Origin: Syntrophaceae bacterium
GTDB lineage: Bacteria; Desulfobacterota; Syntrophia; Syntrophales; PHBD01
NCBI GenBank assembly: GCA_013177825.1
Contig: JABLXX010000001.1
Span: 656,936-720,935 of the forward strand
Reading direction: 5' to 3'
Length of the DNA: 64,000 nt
Positions 35,222 to 45,607 of the stretch are shown in pieces (the first letter of the stretch is position 1; the number at the start of each line of letters is the position of its first letter). The notes beneath the pieces were generated by a model that made no database searches, was not told where the DNA came from, and saw only the letters and a program-made list of their open reading frames with translations. A program made the position numbers and the translations under genes.

Positions 35222-36889
35222 ATGGATGATGTATACGCGGCGAGGCCCTGGCTGCGCAACTATGACAGGGCGGTTCCAGAGAAACTCGAATATCCTTCCA
35301 TATCTTACGCCGACGCATTGCGGAAGGCCTTCCAGGAGGTCCCCTCCCGGGTTGCCCTCCTTTACATGGGAACGGAGATTACGTACCGGGAACTGGACGA
35401 ACTGTCCGACCGGTTCGCCCGGTTTCTGATTGAAACGGGGTGCCGGCCCGGCGACGTGGTCGGTTTCCACATGCCCAACATCCCCGCCAGCTATATCGGA
35501 TCCGCCGGCACCCAGAAGGCGGGCTGCATCTTCACGGGGGTGAGCCCGCTGCTTACCGCCGAAGAGCTTGCCTACCAGTTGAACGATTCCGGAGCGAAGG
35601 TCCTGATCACGGCGGATCTGCTGTTCCCCGTCGTGAAGCAGGCCGTCGGCGAAACGGGCGTGAAGGTTGTCGTGGTGGCCTCCATCTTCGACTATATGCC
35701 CCAGGATGTCCCCGCTTCTCCAGTGACCCCGATCCCCGGGATCGAGACACTCGGCTTCAGGGAGGCCATCGGGTCCATGCCGGCCGATCCGATCGATGTG
35801 AAGGTCGATCCGGGCGCCGCCTGCCTCATGATGTACACGGGCGGGACGACGGGACCCCCGAAAGGGGCGCTCCTCACGAACGACAACATCGTCGGCCACA
35901 TGACGCAGCTCAACGCCTGGCTGGGCTATCCGATGGGAGAACACGTCGCGATGTCCGCCTTCCCCATGTTCCACCAGGCGGGAAATTTTATGGTCATGTG
36001 GAACATGGCAATGGGATCCACGAACATCATCATTCCCAATCCGCGGGACCTCCAGTACTTCGTGAAGGCCATGGAGACCTATCGCCCGACGATGACCGTC
36101 AATGTGCCCACCATCTACCTGGAATTGTTGAAGCTGCCCGAGTTCCGGGCCCTCGATTTCTCCGGGGTTCGGTTCTTCGTCAGCGGCGCCGCGGCGTTCC
36201 CGGCCGAGAACATCCGGGAGTTCGAGGAAGTCGTCGGGAAGGGAAAGGTGATCGAGGTCTGCGGCATGACGGAGACCAGCCCGGTCATTGTCGCCCTGCC
36301 GCTGAAGGGGGTCAAGAAGGTCGGGTCCGTCGGCATGCCCGTCTGCGATACGGAGGTGAAGCTGGTGGATCCTGAGACCGGAATGACAGTTCCCCTCGGG
36401 GAGCCCGGGGAAATGGTTGCCCGGGGCCCCCAGGTCTTTTCCCTGGGATACCACAACAAGCCCGAGGAAACGGCCAATACCCTCCGGGACGGGTGGATCT
36501 ATACAGGCGACGTGGCGGTCATGGACGAGGACGGATACTTCTTCATCGTGGACCGGCTGAAGGACATGGTGAGCGTATCCGGCTTCAAGGTCTTCACCCG
36601 GGTCGTGGACGACGCCCTTATGGCCCATCCGGACATCGACAACGCCGCGACCATCGGCCTGCCGGACCCGAAAAGGCCGGGTTCGGAACTCGTGGCCTGC
36701 GCTGTGATCCTGAAACCGAATTGCAAAGGCGATGAGGCGATGCGGGAGAAGATTACCGATTACATGAAGAAGGCGGTGGCGCCCTACAAGGTGCCGAAGG
36801 TTATTCAATTCGTGGATACCCTGCCCATGAGCGCCGTGGGCAAGGTGCTCAAGCGGGAGCTCCGGAAAAGCATGCAGGAAGTCTCGTAA
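35222..36889 (+). CDS. long-chain acyl-CoA synthetase (FadD-like)
   Basis: YTGGTTGPPKG, GMTET, YTGD and DRLKDM. Confidence 0.93.
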   Translation: MDDVYAARPWLRNYDRAVPEKLEYPSISYADALRKAFQEVPSRVALLYMGTEITYRELDELSDRFARFLIETGCRPGDVVGFHMPNIPASYIGSAGTQKAGCIFTGVSPLLTAEELAYQLNDSGAKVLITADLLFPVVKQAVGETGVKVVVVASIFDYMPQDVPASPVTPIPGIETLGFREAIGSMPADPIDVKVDPGAACLMMYTGGTTGPPKGALLTNDNIVGHMTQLNAWLGYPMGEHVAMSAFPMFHQAGNFMVMWNMAMGSTNIIIPNPRDLQYFVKAMETYRPTMTVNVPTIYLELLKLPEFRALDFSGVRFFVSGAAAFPAENIREFEEVVGKGKVIEVCGMTETSPVIVALPLKGVKKVGSVGMPVCDTEVKLVDPETGMTVPLGEPGEMVARGPQVFSLGYHNKPEETANTLRDGWIYTGDVAVMDEDGYFFIVDRLKDMVSVSGFKVFTRVVDDALMAHPDIDNAATIGLPDPKRPGSELVACAVILKPNCKGDEAMREKITDYMKKAVAPYKVPKVIQFVDTLPMSAVGKVLKRELRKSMQEVS

Positions 36890-37105
36890 GACGGATTTCC
36901 TCCGCAGTGGCAAGAAGCAATCGGGGGTCATGCGCCAAGGCGAATGCGGATTCGCGCCGCCTGATGAAGGTTGTTCCGCTCCTGCCGCTTCCATTCACGG
37001 AGGCGGCTGTGAGCGGCCCGGACGTTTCCCGGTCCGGAAAACAGCGCGGGTTGCGAGGACCGTTTTGCCGGCCAGCCCTGAAATATTTGCAGGAGGATTG
37101 GGTCA

Positions 37106-38782
37106 ATGGCTTTTGAGAGAATCTGGCACAAATCGTATGCCCCGGGAGTGCCCCCGGAGATCGAATTTCAGAAAATCACGACGGCGCAGGCCCTGATCCG
37201 GTCGGCCAAGAATTTTCCTAACCACATCGCTTTCATCTACATGGGCCGGCGGATCACCTACCGCGAGCTGGACGCCCTCGTGAACCGCTTCGCCAACGCG
37301 CTCATTGACCTGGGCGTGAAGGAGGGTGACAAGGTGGGGATGCTCCTGCCCAACCTTCCCCAACTGATCATCGCCTGCCATGCCGTCCACCGGCTCGGGG
37401 CCGTGACGGCCATGAACAACCCCCTCTACACGGAAAAGGAACTGGCGCACCAGTTGAAGGACTGCGACGCCCGGTTCCTCATCACCCTCGATCTGCTCCT
37501 GCCCCGGGCGCTTGCCCTGAAGGGGCAGACGAGCGTCGAGGCGATCATCACCTGCCATATCAACGACTACCTGCCCTTCCCGAAGAAGCAGCTCTTCCCC
37601 TTCGTGAAGAAGGCCATGTACCGGAAGGTGGACCCCCGGAAAGACGTTCACGAGTTCATGACCCTCATGGACAAGGCCTCCTCGAATCCTGTCCCGGACC
37701 GGTCCCGATGGGACAAGCTGGGTGCGCTGATCTACACGGGGGGAACAACGGGTGTTTCCAAGGGAGCGATGCTGACCCATGCGAACCTCTCCTCCGTCGT
37801 CCAGATCTTCCGTGCCTGGCTGCCCGATCTCAAGGACGGGGAGGTGCACATCGTGGGAACCTATCCCATCTTCCACTCGGCAGGTTACACCGCGAGCCAG
37901 AACCTGACCATCGGAAGTGGCTGGACCTCGACGATCATCCCGCGGCCGGAGCCGGGCATCCTCATCGAGACCGTGAAGAAGTACAAGCCGAACTTCCTGC
38001 CCGGCGTGGCCTCCATCTTTGTCGGGCTCCTGGCCGACAAGGAGTTCCGCAGCATGGACAAGTCCTTCCTCAAGGGCTTCTTCACCGGGGCATCCCCCAT
38101 CGCCGCCGACACCGTGCAGGATCTGAAAAAGCTGACCGGCAAGGACGTCTACGAGATCTACGGGATGACGGAAAACACGGCCTTCGCCACGGCGACCCCC
38201 TGGGGGGGGAAGGTGAAGGCGGGCACGGTCGGGCTGCCGCTTCCGAATACGGAACTGAAGGTGGTCGACCTGGACGAGGGCACTACGGTTCTCAAGCCCG
38301 GTGAGGCCGGCGAGATCTGCATCAAAGGCCCCCAGGTGATGACGGGGTACTACAAGCGTCCCGACGAGACGGCCCTGGCCATCCGCGACGGCTGGCTTTA
38401 CACGGGGGACATCGGCATCATGGATGAGGAAGGGTATTTCCGCATCGTGGACCGAAAAAAGGACATGATCGTCGCCGGGGGCTACAACATCTATCCCAAG
38501 GACATCGACGAGATCCTCTTCCAGCACGACAAGATTCTCGAGGCCTGTACCATCGGTGTTCCCGACACCTACCGGGGGGAGACGGTCAAGGCCTTTGTTG
38601 TCCTGAAAGGAGGCGAGAAGATGACGGCGGACGAGGTCATCGCCCACTGCAAGGCGCACCTGGCCGCCTACAAGGTTCCCAAAATCATCGAGTTTACAAG
38701 CGAACTTCCGAAGAGCAACGTGGGAAAGATCCTGCGCCGGGAACTCCGGGACCAAGAGATGAAAAAACAATCCAAAGGATGA
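37106..38782 (+). CDS. long-chain acyl-CoA synthetase (FadD-like)
   Basis: YTGGTTGVSKG, YGMTE, YTGDIG and DRKKDM. Confidence 0.95.
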   Translation: MAFERIWHKSYAPGVPPEIEFQKITTAQALIRSAKNFPNHIAFIYMGRRITYRELDALVNRFANALIDLGVKEGDKVGMLLPNLPQLIIACHAVHRLGAVTAMNNPLYTEKELAHQLKDCDARFLITLDLLLPRALALKGQTSVEAIITCHINDYLPFPKKQLFPFVKKAMYRKVDPRKDVHEFMTLMDKASSNPVPDRSRWDKLGALIYTGGTTGVSKGAMLTHANLSSVVQIFRAWLPDLKDGEVHIVGTYPIFHSAGYTASQNLTIGSGWTSTIIPRPEPGILIETVKKYKPNFLPGVASIFVGLLADKEFRSMDKSFLKGFFTGASPIAADTVQDLKKLTGKDVYEIYGMTENTAFATATPWGGKVKAGTVGLPLPNTELKVVDLDEGTTVLKPGEAGEICIKGPQVMTGYYKRPDETALAIRDGWLYTGDIGIMDEEGYFRIVDRKKDMIVAGGYNIYPKDIDEILFQHDKILEACTIGVPDTYRGETVKAFVVLKGGEKMTADEVIAHCKAHLAAYKVPKIIEFTSELPKSNVGKILRRELRDQEMKKQSKG

Positions 38783-38786
38783 GGAA

Positions 38787-39590
38787 ATGAAGGAATTCGA
38801 GACATTCAGGTTTGAAGAAGTCGAGCCCCGGGTGGGGCTTGTCACCATGAACCGGCCGGAACAGCTCAATGCGGTCAACATCATGATGCTGGACGAATTC
38901 GGAGAGCTGTTTTCCCTTCTGTCGAAGGACGACGCCATCCGGGTCCTGATCCTGACCGGGGAAGGCCGCGGATTCTGCGCCGGCGCAGATCTGAACGACG
39001 CAGTCGTCCACAAGGATACGCAAGCCTTTTCCGACCCGGAAAACTTTCTCCGGATCGTCCAGGAGCGCTACGGCTCCCTGGTCCTGGGCCTCCGGCGGAT
39101 TCCCCAGCCGGTCATTTCCGCCGTCAACGGACCGGCCGCGGGCGCCGGATTCTGCATGACCCTGGCGAGCGACGTCCGGGTGGCGGCGCCGGAGGCTTCC
39201 TTCATTGCCTCCTTTGCGAACATCGGCCTCTCCGGAGGCGAACTGGGAACCTCCTACTTCCTGCCCCGCCTGATCGGTGTTGCCCGGTCGTCGGAAATTC
39301 TCCTGACGGGCAGGAAAGTGAAGGCGGACGAAGCGGAGCGGATCGGGCTGGTCAACCGGGTCGTGTCGCGGGAGGCTCTCCTGGAGACCGCCCTTTCCTA
39401 TGCCCGGCCCATGATCGCCAAGTCCGTCGGGGCACTGAAGCTGACGAAGCGGGTCCTGGACCAGAACATCGATGCGCCGTCCCTGGAGGCGGCCGTCAAT
39501 CTGGAGAACCGGAACCAGGCGCTCATGGTCTTCTCCGGCGAATTCTTCAAGCTGGTTCAGCCGTTCTTCAAGGGAGGCGGGAAGGCCTGA
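38787..39590 (+). CDS. enoyl-CoA hydratase/isomerase family protein
   Basis: FCAGADL, AVNGPAAGAG and IGLVNRVV. Confidence 0.92.
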   Translation: MKEFETFRFEEVEPRVGLVTMNRPEQLNAVNIMMLDEFGELFSLLSKDDAIRVLILTGEGRGFCAGADLNDAVVHKDTQAFSDPENFLRIVQERYGSLVLGLRRIPQPVISAVNGPAAGAGFCMTLASDVRVAAPEASFIASFANIGLSGGELGTSYFLPRLIGVARSSEILLTGRKVKADEAERIGLVNRVVSREALLETALSYARPMIAKSVGALKLTKRVLDQNIDAPSLEAAVNLENRNQALMVFSGEFFKLVQPFFKGGGKA

Positions 39591-39612
39591 CCTGCGGCGA
39601 AATCGAAAGAAT

Positions 39613-39660
39613 GCGCGGCCCATGGGCGGATCGAAACGCCCGGCCGCGCTTCATTTTTTT
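39613..39660 (+). terminator. intrinsic terminator
   Basis: GCGCGGCC/GGCCGCGC stem enclosing a GGGCG/CGCCC stem, followed by TTCATTTTTTT. Confidence 0.6.
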
Positions 39661-39763
39661 CGCCGGAATGCGCCTGTTCCCGGTTTCCGGAGACGGGGAT
39701 CCGGGAACCTCTGCCGGGGAAGGCGGGCCTCATGTACGGGACAATGGCCCTGGAACCTTCTAA

Positions 39764-39833
39764 TTGACAGGGGCGAAGGTTTCTGGTTAGGTTGCTTTAC
39801 AATGCTTCAATCATTAGATGGAACAATTTGATG
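39764..39833 (+). promoter_or_regulatory. tetR promoter and candidate autoregulatory operator
   Basis: TTGACA (39764)-18 nt-TAGGTT, then AATCATTAGATGGAAC (39809-39824) followed by GATG 13 bp later. Confidence 0.5.
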
Positions 39834-40481
39834 AAGACCGCCCTCGACAAAGCCCGCCAGGATCCCGAATCGATGAAGGCGCGGATCCTGGCCGTTGCCC
39901 GGCGGATCTTCGGCGACTACGGCTACCATGGAACCACGACCCGGATGATCGCCCAGGAGGTGGGGATCGACGTTTCCACCCTCCACTATCACTGGGGGGA
40001 CAAGAGGGGCCTGTACGAGGCGGTTGTCCTGGATATCAACAAGGACCTTGGACAGAGCCTCCGGGACGTGGAAAGGATGATCCACGGGAAGCCCCTGGGC
40101 GAACGGCTGGCCATTTCGATCGACGTCATGACGGATTACCTGTTCGAACACCCGGAAATCGCCAACCTCATCCTTCATCGCTATTTCGGCCGCACCCGGG
40201 AAGAGGCCGTGCAGGAAATCCAGGTTCCCGAGTTTACCGCCGACATGGCCCGTTCCATGAACCTGATCCAGAGCCGGAAGAAGGCGACTCCGCGGGCTCT
40301 TCTGGAGGTCCTGGCGGTCATAAACGGGATCTACAACTTCGTGTCCGGCGAGGTGTTCTTCCGCTCCATCGTGGAGATAGACCGGGAAACATACATTGCC
40401 CAGGTAAAGGAAGTGCTGAAATTTATTTTAGTCCCCGCCTTTGTCCAGAGGGAGGGCAAAGGCGATTCTGAGCCGGCGTGA
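39831..40481 (+). CDS. TetR/AcrR-family transcriptional regulator
   Basis: RILAVARRIF...GYHGTTTRMIAQEVGIDVSTLHYHWGDKRGL helix-turn-helix. Confidence 0.95.
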   Translation: MKTALDKARQDPESMKARILAVARRIFGDYGYHGTTTRMIAQEVGIDVSTLHYHWGDKRGLYEAVVLDINKDLGQSLRDVERMIHGKPLGERLAISIDVMTDYLFEHPEIANLILHRYFGRTREEAVQEIQVPEFTADMARSMNLIQSRKKATPRALLEVLAVINGIYNFVSGEVFFRSIVEIDRETYIAQVKEVLKFILVPAFVQREGKGDSEPA

Positions 40482-40814
40482 TGTTCCAATCCGCCCAATC
40501 CCGCTGACCGTTCTTCAAAACCGCCTGTCACTCCGTTCCAGGATGTCTTCCGTGGCAGCCGGTACCGACCGCCGATCATCGACTCTCAAGGAGGAAAACG
40601 CATCGCTCGGAACGCGCGAGCCCGCATAAAAACCTGACAGCTCCTCAATGGGGACCAAAACCGGCAGGATGATCTTCCCTGCGACTTCTGCAGAGAAAAG
40701 AATCCTTTACAAGCATCGTCCGTCATTCATTCCCGCCCGGATCGAGCCGGATCCGCGGGAACGGCTCATTGTCCATCTTTCTGAAACATTGAAAAAACGA
40801 AGGGGAGGAGAGCA

Positions 40815-41957
40815 ATGGAGATTCTGACGTTCACGGAGGAGCACAAGATTTTTCGCGAGAGCCTGCGGCGTTTCCTGGAGAAGGAGATCGTTCCCCACAT
40901 CGAGGAGTGGGAGGAAGCGGGCATCGTCCCCAAGAGCTACTGGCAGAAAATGGGGGAGAACGGCTTTCTCAGCACCTGGGTTCCCGAGGAGTACGGCGGG
41001 GTAGGAGCGGATTTCCTGTATTCCGTCATCGTCTGCGAGGAGATGGCAAAGTGCAATTTCTCGGGCCTCGCGGCTTCCCTTCACAGCGACATCATCGTGC
41101 CCTACATCGCCTCCTTCGGAACCGAGGAGCAGAAGAAGAAATATCTCCCGGGATGCGTGACCGGAGACTGCATCACCGCCGTCGCCATGACGGAGCCCAA
41201 TACGGGAAGCGACCTGGCGGCGATCCGCACCACCGCCGCCGAGAAGGACGGCATGATCGTCCTCAACGGCCAGAAAACCTTCATCTCCAACGGGATCAAC
41301 TGTGATGTCCTCGTCCTGGCGGCCAAGGACCCGGCGGTGGAGAACCCCCACCGGGCCGTGGACCTCTACCTCGTCGACGCGGGGACGCCCGGTTTTGAAA
41401 AGGGCCGGCGCATCAAGAAGGTCGGCTGGCACAGCCAGGACACGGCGGAACTCTATTTCACCGACTGCCGGATTCCGGCGGAGAACCGGCTGGGGACGAA
41501 AGGGTCGGGTTTCCTCAACCTGATGATGAAGCTTCAGCAGGAGCGCCTGATCTGCGGGATCGGGGCGCAGGTGGCGGCGGAGTGCATGCTGGAGTGGACG
41601 ATCAAGTACTGCCGGGAACGGACGGCCTTCGGGAAGCCCATCGCCAAGTTCCAGCACAGCCAGTTCGAGTTCGCGGAGATGGCCACGGAGATCAAGATCG
41701 GCCGGACGTTCATCGACAAACTCGTCGCCGACCACATGGAGGGGAAGAACGTCACCGTCGAGGTGTCCATGGCCAAGTACTGGCTCACCGAGATGGCCTG
41801 CCGCGTCGCGGACCGATGTGTCCAGCTGCATGGAGGATATGGGTATTGCGAAGAATATCCCATCGCCCGGGCGTGGCGGGACATCCGGGTGACCCGGATT
41901 TTTGCCGGCACCAACGAGATCATGAAAGGAATCGTGGCGAAGTTCATGGGACTGTAA
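40815..41957 (+). CDS. acyl-CoA dehydrogenase (LCAD-type), paralog of 31276-32418
   Basis: Same length and collinear motifs: AMTEPNTGSDL, KLQQERL and IFAGTNEIM. Confidence 0.95.
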   Translation: MEILTFTEEHKIFRESLRRFLEKEIVPHIEEWEEAGIVPKSYWQKMGENGFLSTWVPEEYGGVGADFLYSVIVCEEMAKCNFSGLAASLHSDIIVPYIASFGTEEQKKKYLPGCVTGDCITAVAMTEPNTGSDLAAIRTTAAEKDGMIVLNGQKTFISNGINCDVLVLAAKDPAVENPHRAVDLYLVDAGTPGFEKGRRIKKVGWHSQDTAELYFTDCRIPAENRLGTKGSGFLNLMMKLQQERLICGIGAQVAAECMLEWTIKYCRERTAFGKPIAKFQHSQFEFAEMATEIKIGRTFIDKLVADHMEGKNVTVEVSMAKYWLTEMACRVADRCVQLHGGYGYCEEYPIARAWRDIRVTRIFAGTNEIMKGIVAKFMGL

Positions 41958-41989
41958 CATCGGCGCAAGGCTGAAGAAAGGAGGCAGTG

Positions 41990-43171
41990 ATGGCCGGACC
42001 TCTTCAAGGACTGAAGGTTCTCGATTTTACAACCCTCCTGCCCGGACCTTACGCCACCATGCTCCTGGCCGATATGGGGGCGGAAGTGCTGCGCATCGTA
42101 TCGCCCTCCAGGCCGGACCTGGTGGATTTTTTCCCCCCGTTCATTCCGGAAACAAAGCTCTCCGCGGCGTCGGCGTATCTCGGCCGCAACAAGCGGAGCA
42201 TGGCCCTCAACCTGAAAATCCCCAAGGCCATCGAAGTCGTACACCGCCTGCTTGCCGACTATGACGTCGTTGTCGAGCAGTTCCGTCCCGGCGTCATGGC
42301 CAAGCTCGGCCTCGACTACGACTCCCTCGGAAAAGTGAATCCCCGCATCGTCTACTGCTCCATCACCGGGTACGGCCAGACGGGGCCCCTGCGCGACCGG
42401 GCGGGGCACGACATCAACTACATCGCCCGTTCCGGCGTTGCTTCCTACACGGGCAAGAAGTCTTCGGGACCGTCCCTCGTGAGCATGCAGATCGCCGACG
42501 TCGCCTCGGGCTCCAACCACGCCGTCATCGGCATCCTCGCCGCCGTCTTCGGCCGGCGGCAGACGGGAGAAGGACAGTTCGTCGATATCTCCATGACCGA
42601 CGGCATGATCGCCTTCAACGCCATGTTCGGCGCCGCCTTTCTGGTGGACGGGAGGGAACAGGTCTTCGAGGGAAACCTCCTCAACGGCGGCTCCCTCTAC
42701 GATTACTACGAGACGAAGGACGGCCGCTGGCTGAGCTGCGGCCCCCTGGAGCCGCAGTTCTTCGCCAATTTCTGCAATACCCTGGGTCGTCCCGACCTGA
42801 TTGCCGGCAGTGTGTCCCCGAAGAATCTTGCCCGGGTGAAGGAGGAGGTCCGAGCTGTCTTCCGGACGAAGACCCTGGCGGAGTGGAAGGCCCTGTTCGA
42901 CGCCACGGACGCCTGCACGGAGCCGGTTCTGACACTGGCGGAGGCCTTCGCGGACCCTCTGGCGGTCGAGCGGGAGATGGTTGTGGACGTCCCGCTGCCG
43001 GCGGGGGGAACGGTGCGGCAGCTCGGCTGTCCCATCAAGTTCTCTTCCATGAAGCCGGAGTTCCGCCATGCGGGGGCGCCCGCCGGAGGCGACACGGCGG
43101 CGGTTCTCAGGGAGGCGGGTTACACGGCTGCCGAGATCGCGGAGATGGAGGCGGCGGGACTGTTCCGGTAA
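41990..43171 (+). CDS. CaiB/BaiF (family III CoA-transferase), alpha-methylacyl-CoA racemase-like
   Basis: LPGPYATMLLADMGAEV, RNKRS, FRPGV, GYGQTGP, GHDINY and IAD. Confidence 0.9.
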   Translation: MAGPLQGLKVLDFTTLLPGPYATMLLADMGAEVLRIVSPSRPDLVDFFPPFIPETKLSAASAYLGRNKRSMALNLKIPKAIEVVHRLLADYDVVVEQFRPGVMAKLGLDYDSLGKVNPRIVYCSITGYGQTGPLRDRAGHDINYIARSGVASYTGKKSSGPSLVSMQIADVASGSNHAVIGILAAVFGRRQTGEGQFVDISMTDGMIAFNAMFGAAFLVDGREQVFEGNLLNGGSLYDYYETKDGRWLSCGPLEPQFFANFCNTLGRPDLIAGSVSPKNLARVKEEVRAVFRTKTLAEWKALFDATDACTEPVLTLAEAFADPLAVEREMVVDVPLPAGGTVRQLGCPIKFSSMKPEFRHAGAPAGGDTAAVLREAGYTAAEIAEMEAAGLFR

Positions 43172-43339
43172 GGAACGGCTTCCTTCAACCAACCTGCCGG
43201 TTCCGTCGGACCCATCGGTGACGGCGGGGCCCGGCCGGGTCGGAAGGAGGACATGGAGTTTTCCGGAGGCAGGATCCGGGCGGGTGCTGTTTCCGGCTGT
43301 TATCGGAGCGATTTTTTTCACAAAGGAGGATCAGGATTC

Positions 43340-44107
43340 ATGAACGTGAAGGACTGCATTGCCGTCGTAACGGGAGGGGCTTCCGGACTGGGGGAGGCCT
43401 GTGTGAGAACCATCGTGAAGAACGGGGGGAAGGCGGTCATCTTCGATCTTCAGGATGAGCGCGGCGCCAACCTGGCCGCCGAGCTGGGCGCAAACTGCCT
43501 GTATACCAAGACGGACGTGACGAACGAGGAGAGCGTCCAGGCCTCCATCGCCAAGGCCGCCGAGGCCTTCGGAACGATCAACGCCGCCATCAACTGTGCC
43601 GGCGTCGGAGCTGCCGCCAAGGTCCTCTCCAAGAAGGGGCCCTACCCGTTGAAAGCCTTCAACTGGGTTGTCCAGATCAACCTCATCGGAACCTTCAACG
43701 TGATCCGCCTGACGGTGGAGCAGATGGCGAAGAACACGCCGAATGCCGAAGGCGAACGGGGCGTCATCATCAACACCGCCTCAGCGGCGGCCTTCGACGG
43801 CCAGATCGGCCAGGCGGCCTACAGCGCCTCCAAGGCCGGCGTCGTGGGGATGACCCTTCCCGTCGCCCGGGAGTGCGCCGATTACGGGATCCGCGTGATG
43901 ACCATCGCCCCGGGGCTATTCGATACGCCCATGCTGGCCCTGCTGCCGCAGGAGGCCCGGGACGCCCTCGGCGCGAGCGTTCCCTTCCCGAAGCGGCTTG
44001 GAAACCCGATGGAATACGCCATGCTGGCGAAGCACATCATCGAGAACACGATGCTCAACGGGGAAGTGATCCGCCTGGACGGTGCGATCCGGATGGCGGC
44101 GAAATAA
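43340..44107 (+). CDS. 3-hydroxyacyl-CoA dehydrogenase, SDR (HSD10-type)
   Basis: [32 protein letters not shown] and IAPGLFDTP. Confidence 0.93.
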   Translation: MNVKDCIAVVTGGASGLGEACVRTIVKNGGKAVIFDLQDERGANLAAELGANCLYTKTDVTNEESVQASIAKAAEAFGTINAAINCAGVGAAAKVLSKKGPYPLKAFNWVVQINLIGTFNVIRLTVEQMAKNTPNAEGERGVIINTASAAAFDGQIGQAAYSASKAGVVGMTLPVARECADYGIRVMTIAPGLFDTPMLALLPQEARDALGASVPFPKRLGNPMEYAMLAKHIIENTMLNGEVIRLDGAIRMAAK

Positions 44108-44112
44108 GTTGC

Positions 44113-44286
44113 GGAATCGGCGTTTATCAAGCGCTCAGAGATTTTTCTCCGACCGTGCACCTGCTCGCTGCACTGCAGCCGCCAAACTTGCGCTGGCGCG
44201 CTTCGGACATGGCGGCTGCGGGCGTTCCGCTGCGCGGGCACGGGGCCCGGGAAAAATCTGGTTCACCCCTGATAAACGCCGATTCC
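44113..44286. repeat. rod-like palindromic repeat, family A, copy A3
   Basis: 17-bp perfect terminal stem, 10-bp inner stem, and loop motifs shared with 49171 and 57813. Confidence 0.85.
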
Positions 44287-44326
44287 CACATGTTTTTATG
44301 AGAAAGAAAAAGGAAGGGAAGGAATT

Positions 44327-45550
44327 ATGAGTCATCACGACAAAGATGAAATCGTCATCGTCAGCGCCTGCAGGACGCCTTTCAGCCGATTCGACTCCGC
44401 CATGGCGGACATCGCCAGTATCGACCTGGCGGTCATCGTCATGAAGGAGGTCATTGCGAGGGTCGGCGTGAAGCCGGAGGAGCTGGGCGAGATCAACTAC
44501 GGCAGCTGCGTCATGGCGGAGATGGCCCTGGAGACGGACATCCCCGTCCGCCAGGCCGCGCTCCTGGCGGGCTGGCCTCCGGAGATCCTCTCCGTTACCC
44601 TCGACCGGGCCTGCTGCTCCTCCCTGACGGCCCTCCGCCTGGGAGTCCGGGCCATCCGGGCTGGGGAGGCGGAGATCTGCATGTCCGTCGGCTCCGAGAA
44701 CATGCCCCGGATGCCCCACCTGGTTCCCGGGTTGCGAAAGGGTGTGCGTCTCGGCCACATCCGGATGCTCGACGGCCTCTTCGAACTGGGCTACGGTGCC
44801 AAGGGTTTTGCGCCGGTGTCCGTCGACGCCGGCGAGGTCTCCCTGGAGTACGGGGTCACCCGGGAGATGCAGGACGCCTGGGCCTGCCAGACCCAGGATC
44901 GCTACGCCCAGGCCTTTGCCGCCGGAAAGTACAAGGTGGGAGAGGAGATCGTACCCGTAGTCATTCCCCAGAAGAAGGGGGATCCCATCGTTATCGACCG
45001 GGACGAATCGCCCCGGCGGACCACCATGGAGATCCTGTCAAAGCTGAGGACCGTTTACGGAAGCCCGACGGTCACCGCCGGAAACGCGCCGCCCATCAGC
45101 GCGGGCTCCAGCGCGATTCTGTTCATGACGCGGCGGCAGGCCGAGGCAAAAGGACTGAAGCCCCTGGCTACGATTCTCGCGTCCGTTGGAACGGCCACGA
45201 AGCCGCGGGACATTCCCGTCATTCCCGCCCTGACCATCCGGGAGGCCCTCAAGCGGACCGGCCTGACCATCGACCGGATGGACCTGATCGAAATCAACGA
45301 GGCCTTCGCCGCCATGCCGCTCGTGTCCACGAAGATCCTGGCGGACGGCGACGAGGGGAAGTGGAAGGCCCTCCAGGAGAAGACGAACGTCAACGGCGGC
45401 GCCATCGCCATCGGCCACCCGGTGGGCGCCAGCGCCGGGCGGATCACCATGCACCTGGCCTACGAGCTCCAGCGCCGCGGCGGCGGCTACGGCGTCGCGT
45501 CCATTTGCGGCGGGTTGGCCCAAGGCGAGGCGGTGATCCTGAAAGTGTAA
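44327..45550 (+). CDS. thiolase (acetyl-CoA C-acyltransferase)
   Basis: RACCSS, INEAFA, GGAIAIGHPVGAS and SICGG. Confidence 0.95.
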   Translation: MSHHDKDEIVIVSACRTPFSRFDSAMADIASIDLAVIVMKEVIARVGVKPEELGEINYGSCVMAEMALETDIPVRQAALLAGWPPEILSVTLDRACCSSLTALRLGVRAIRAGEAEICMSVGSENMPRMPHLVPGLRKGVRLGHIRMLDGLFELGYGAKGFAPVSVDAGEVSLEYGVTREMQDAWACQTQDRYAQAFAAGKYKVGEEIVPVVIPQKKGDPIVIDRDESPRRTTMEILSKLRTVYGSPTVTAGNAPPISAGSSAILFMTRRQAEAKGLKPLATILASVGTATKPRDIPVIPALTIREALKRTGLTIDRMDLIEINEAFAAMPLVSTKILADGDEGKWKALQEKTNVNGGAIAIGHPVGASAGRITMHLAYELQRRGGGYGVASICGGLAQGEAVILKV

Positions 45551-45607
45551 AAAAGAGCGAAAAAGACCAGAAGGAGGTGGTTTCAGAAAGCATTTCAAAG
45601 AACATGA

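Noticed and set aside
36964-36977. 14-bp match ATGAAGGTTGTTCC shared with the region just before 2779
   Set aside because: A single 14-mer match is expected by chance in 64 kb, and there is no flanking similarity.
44113-44286. Family A as a known ribozyme or riboswitch (hammerhead, twister, HDV-like, c-di-GMP)
   Set aside because: I could not find the catalytic or ligand-binding consensus of any of these on either strand, and orientation relative to transcription varies between copies.
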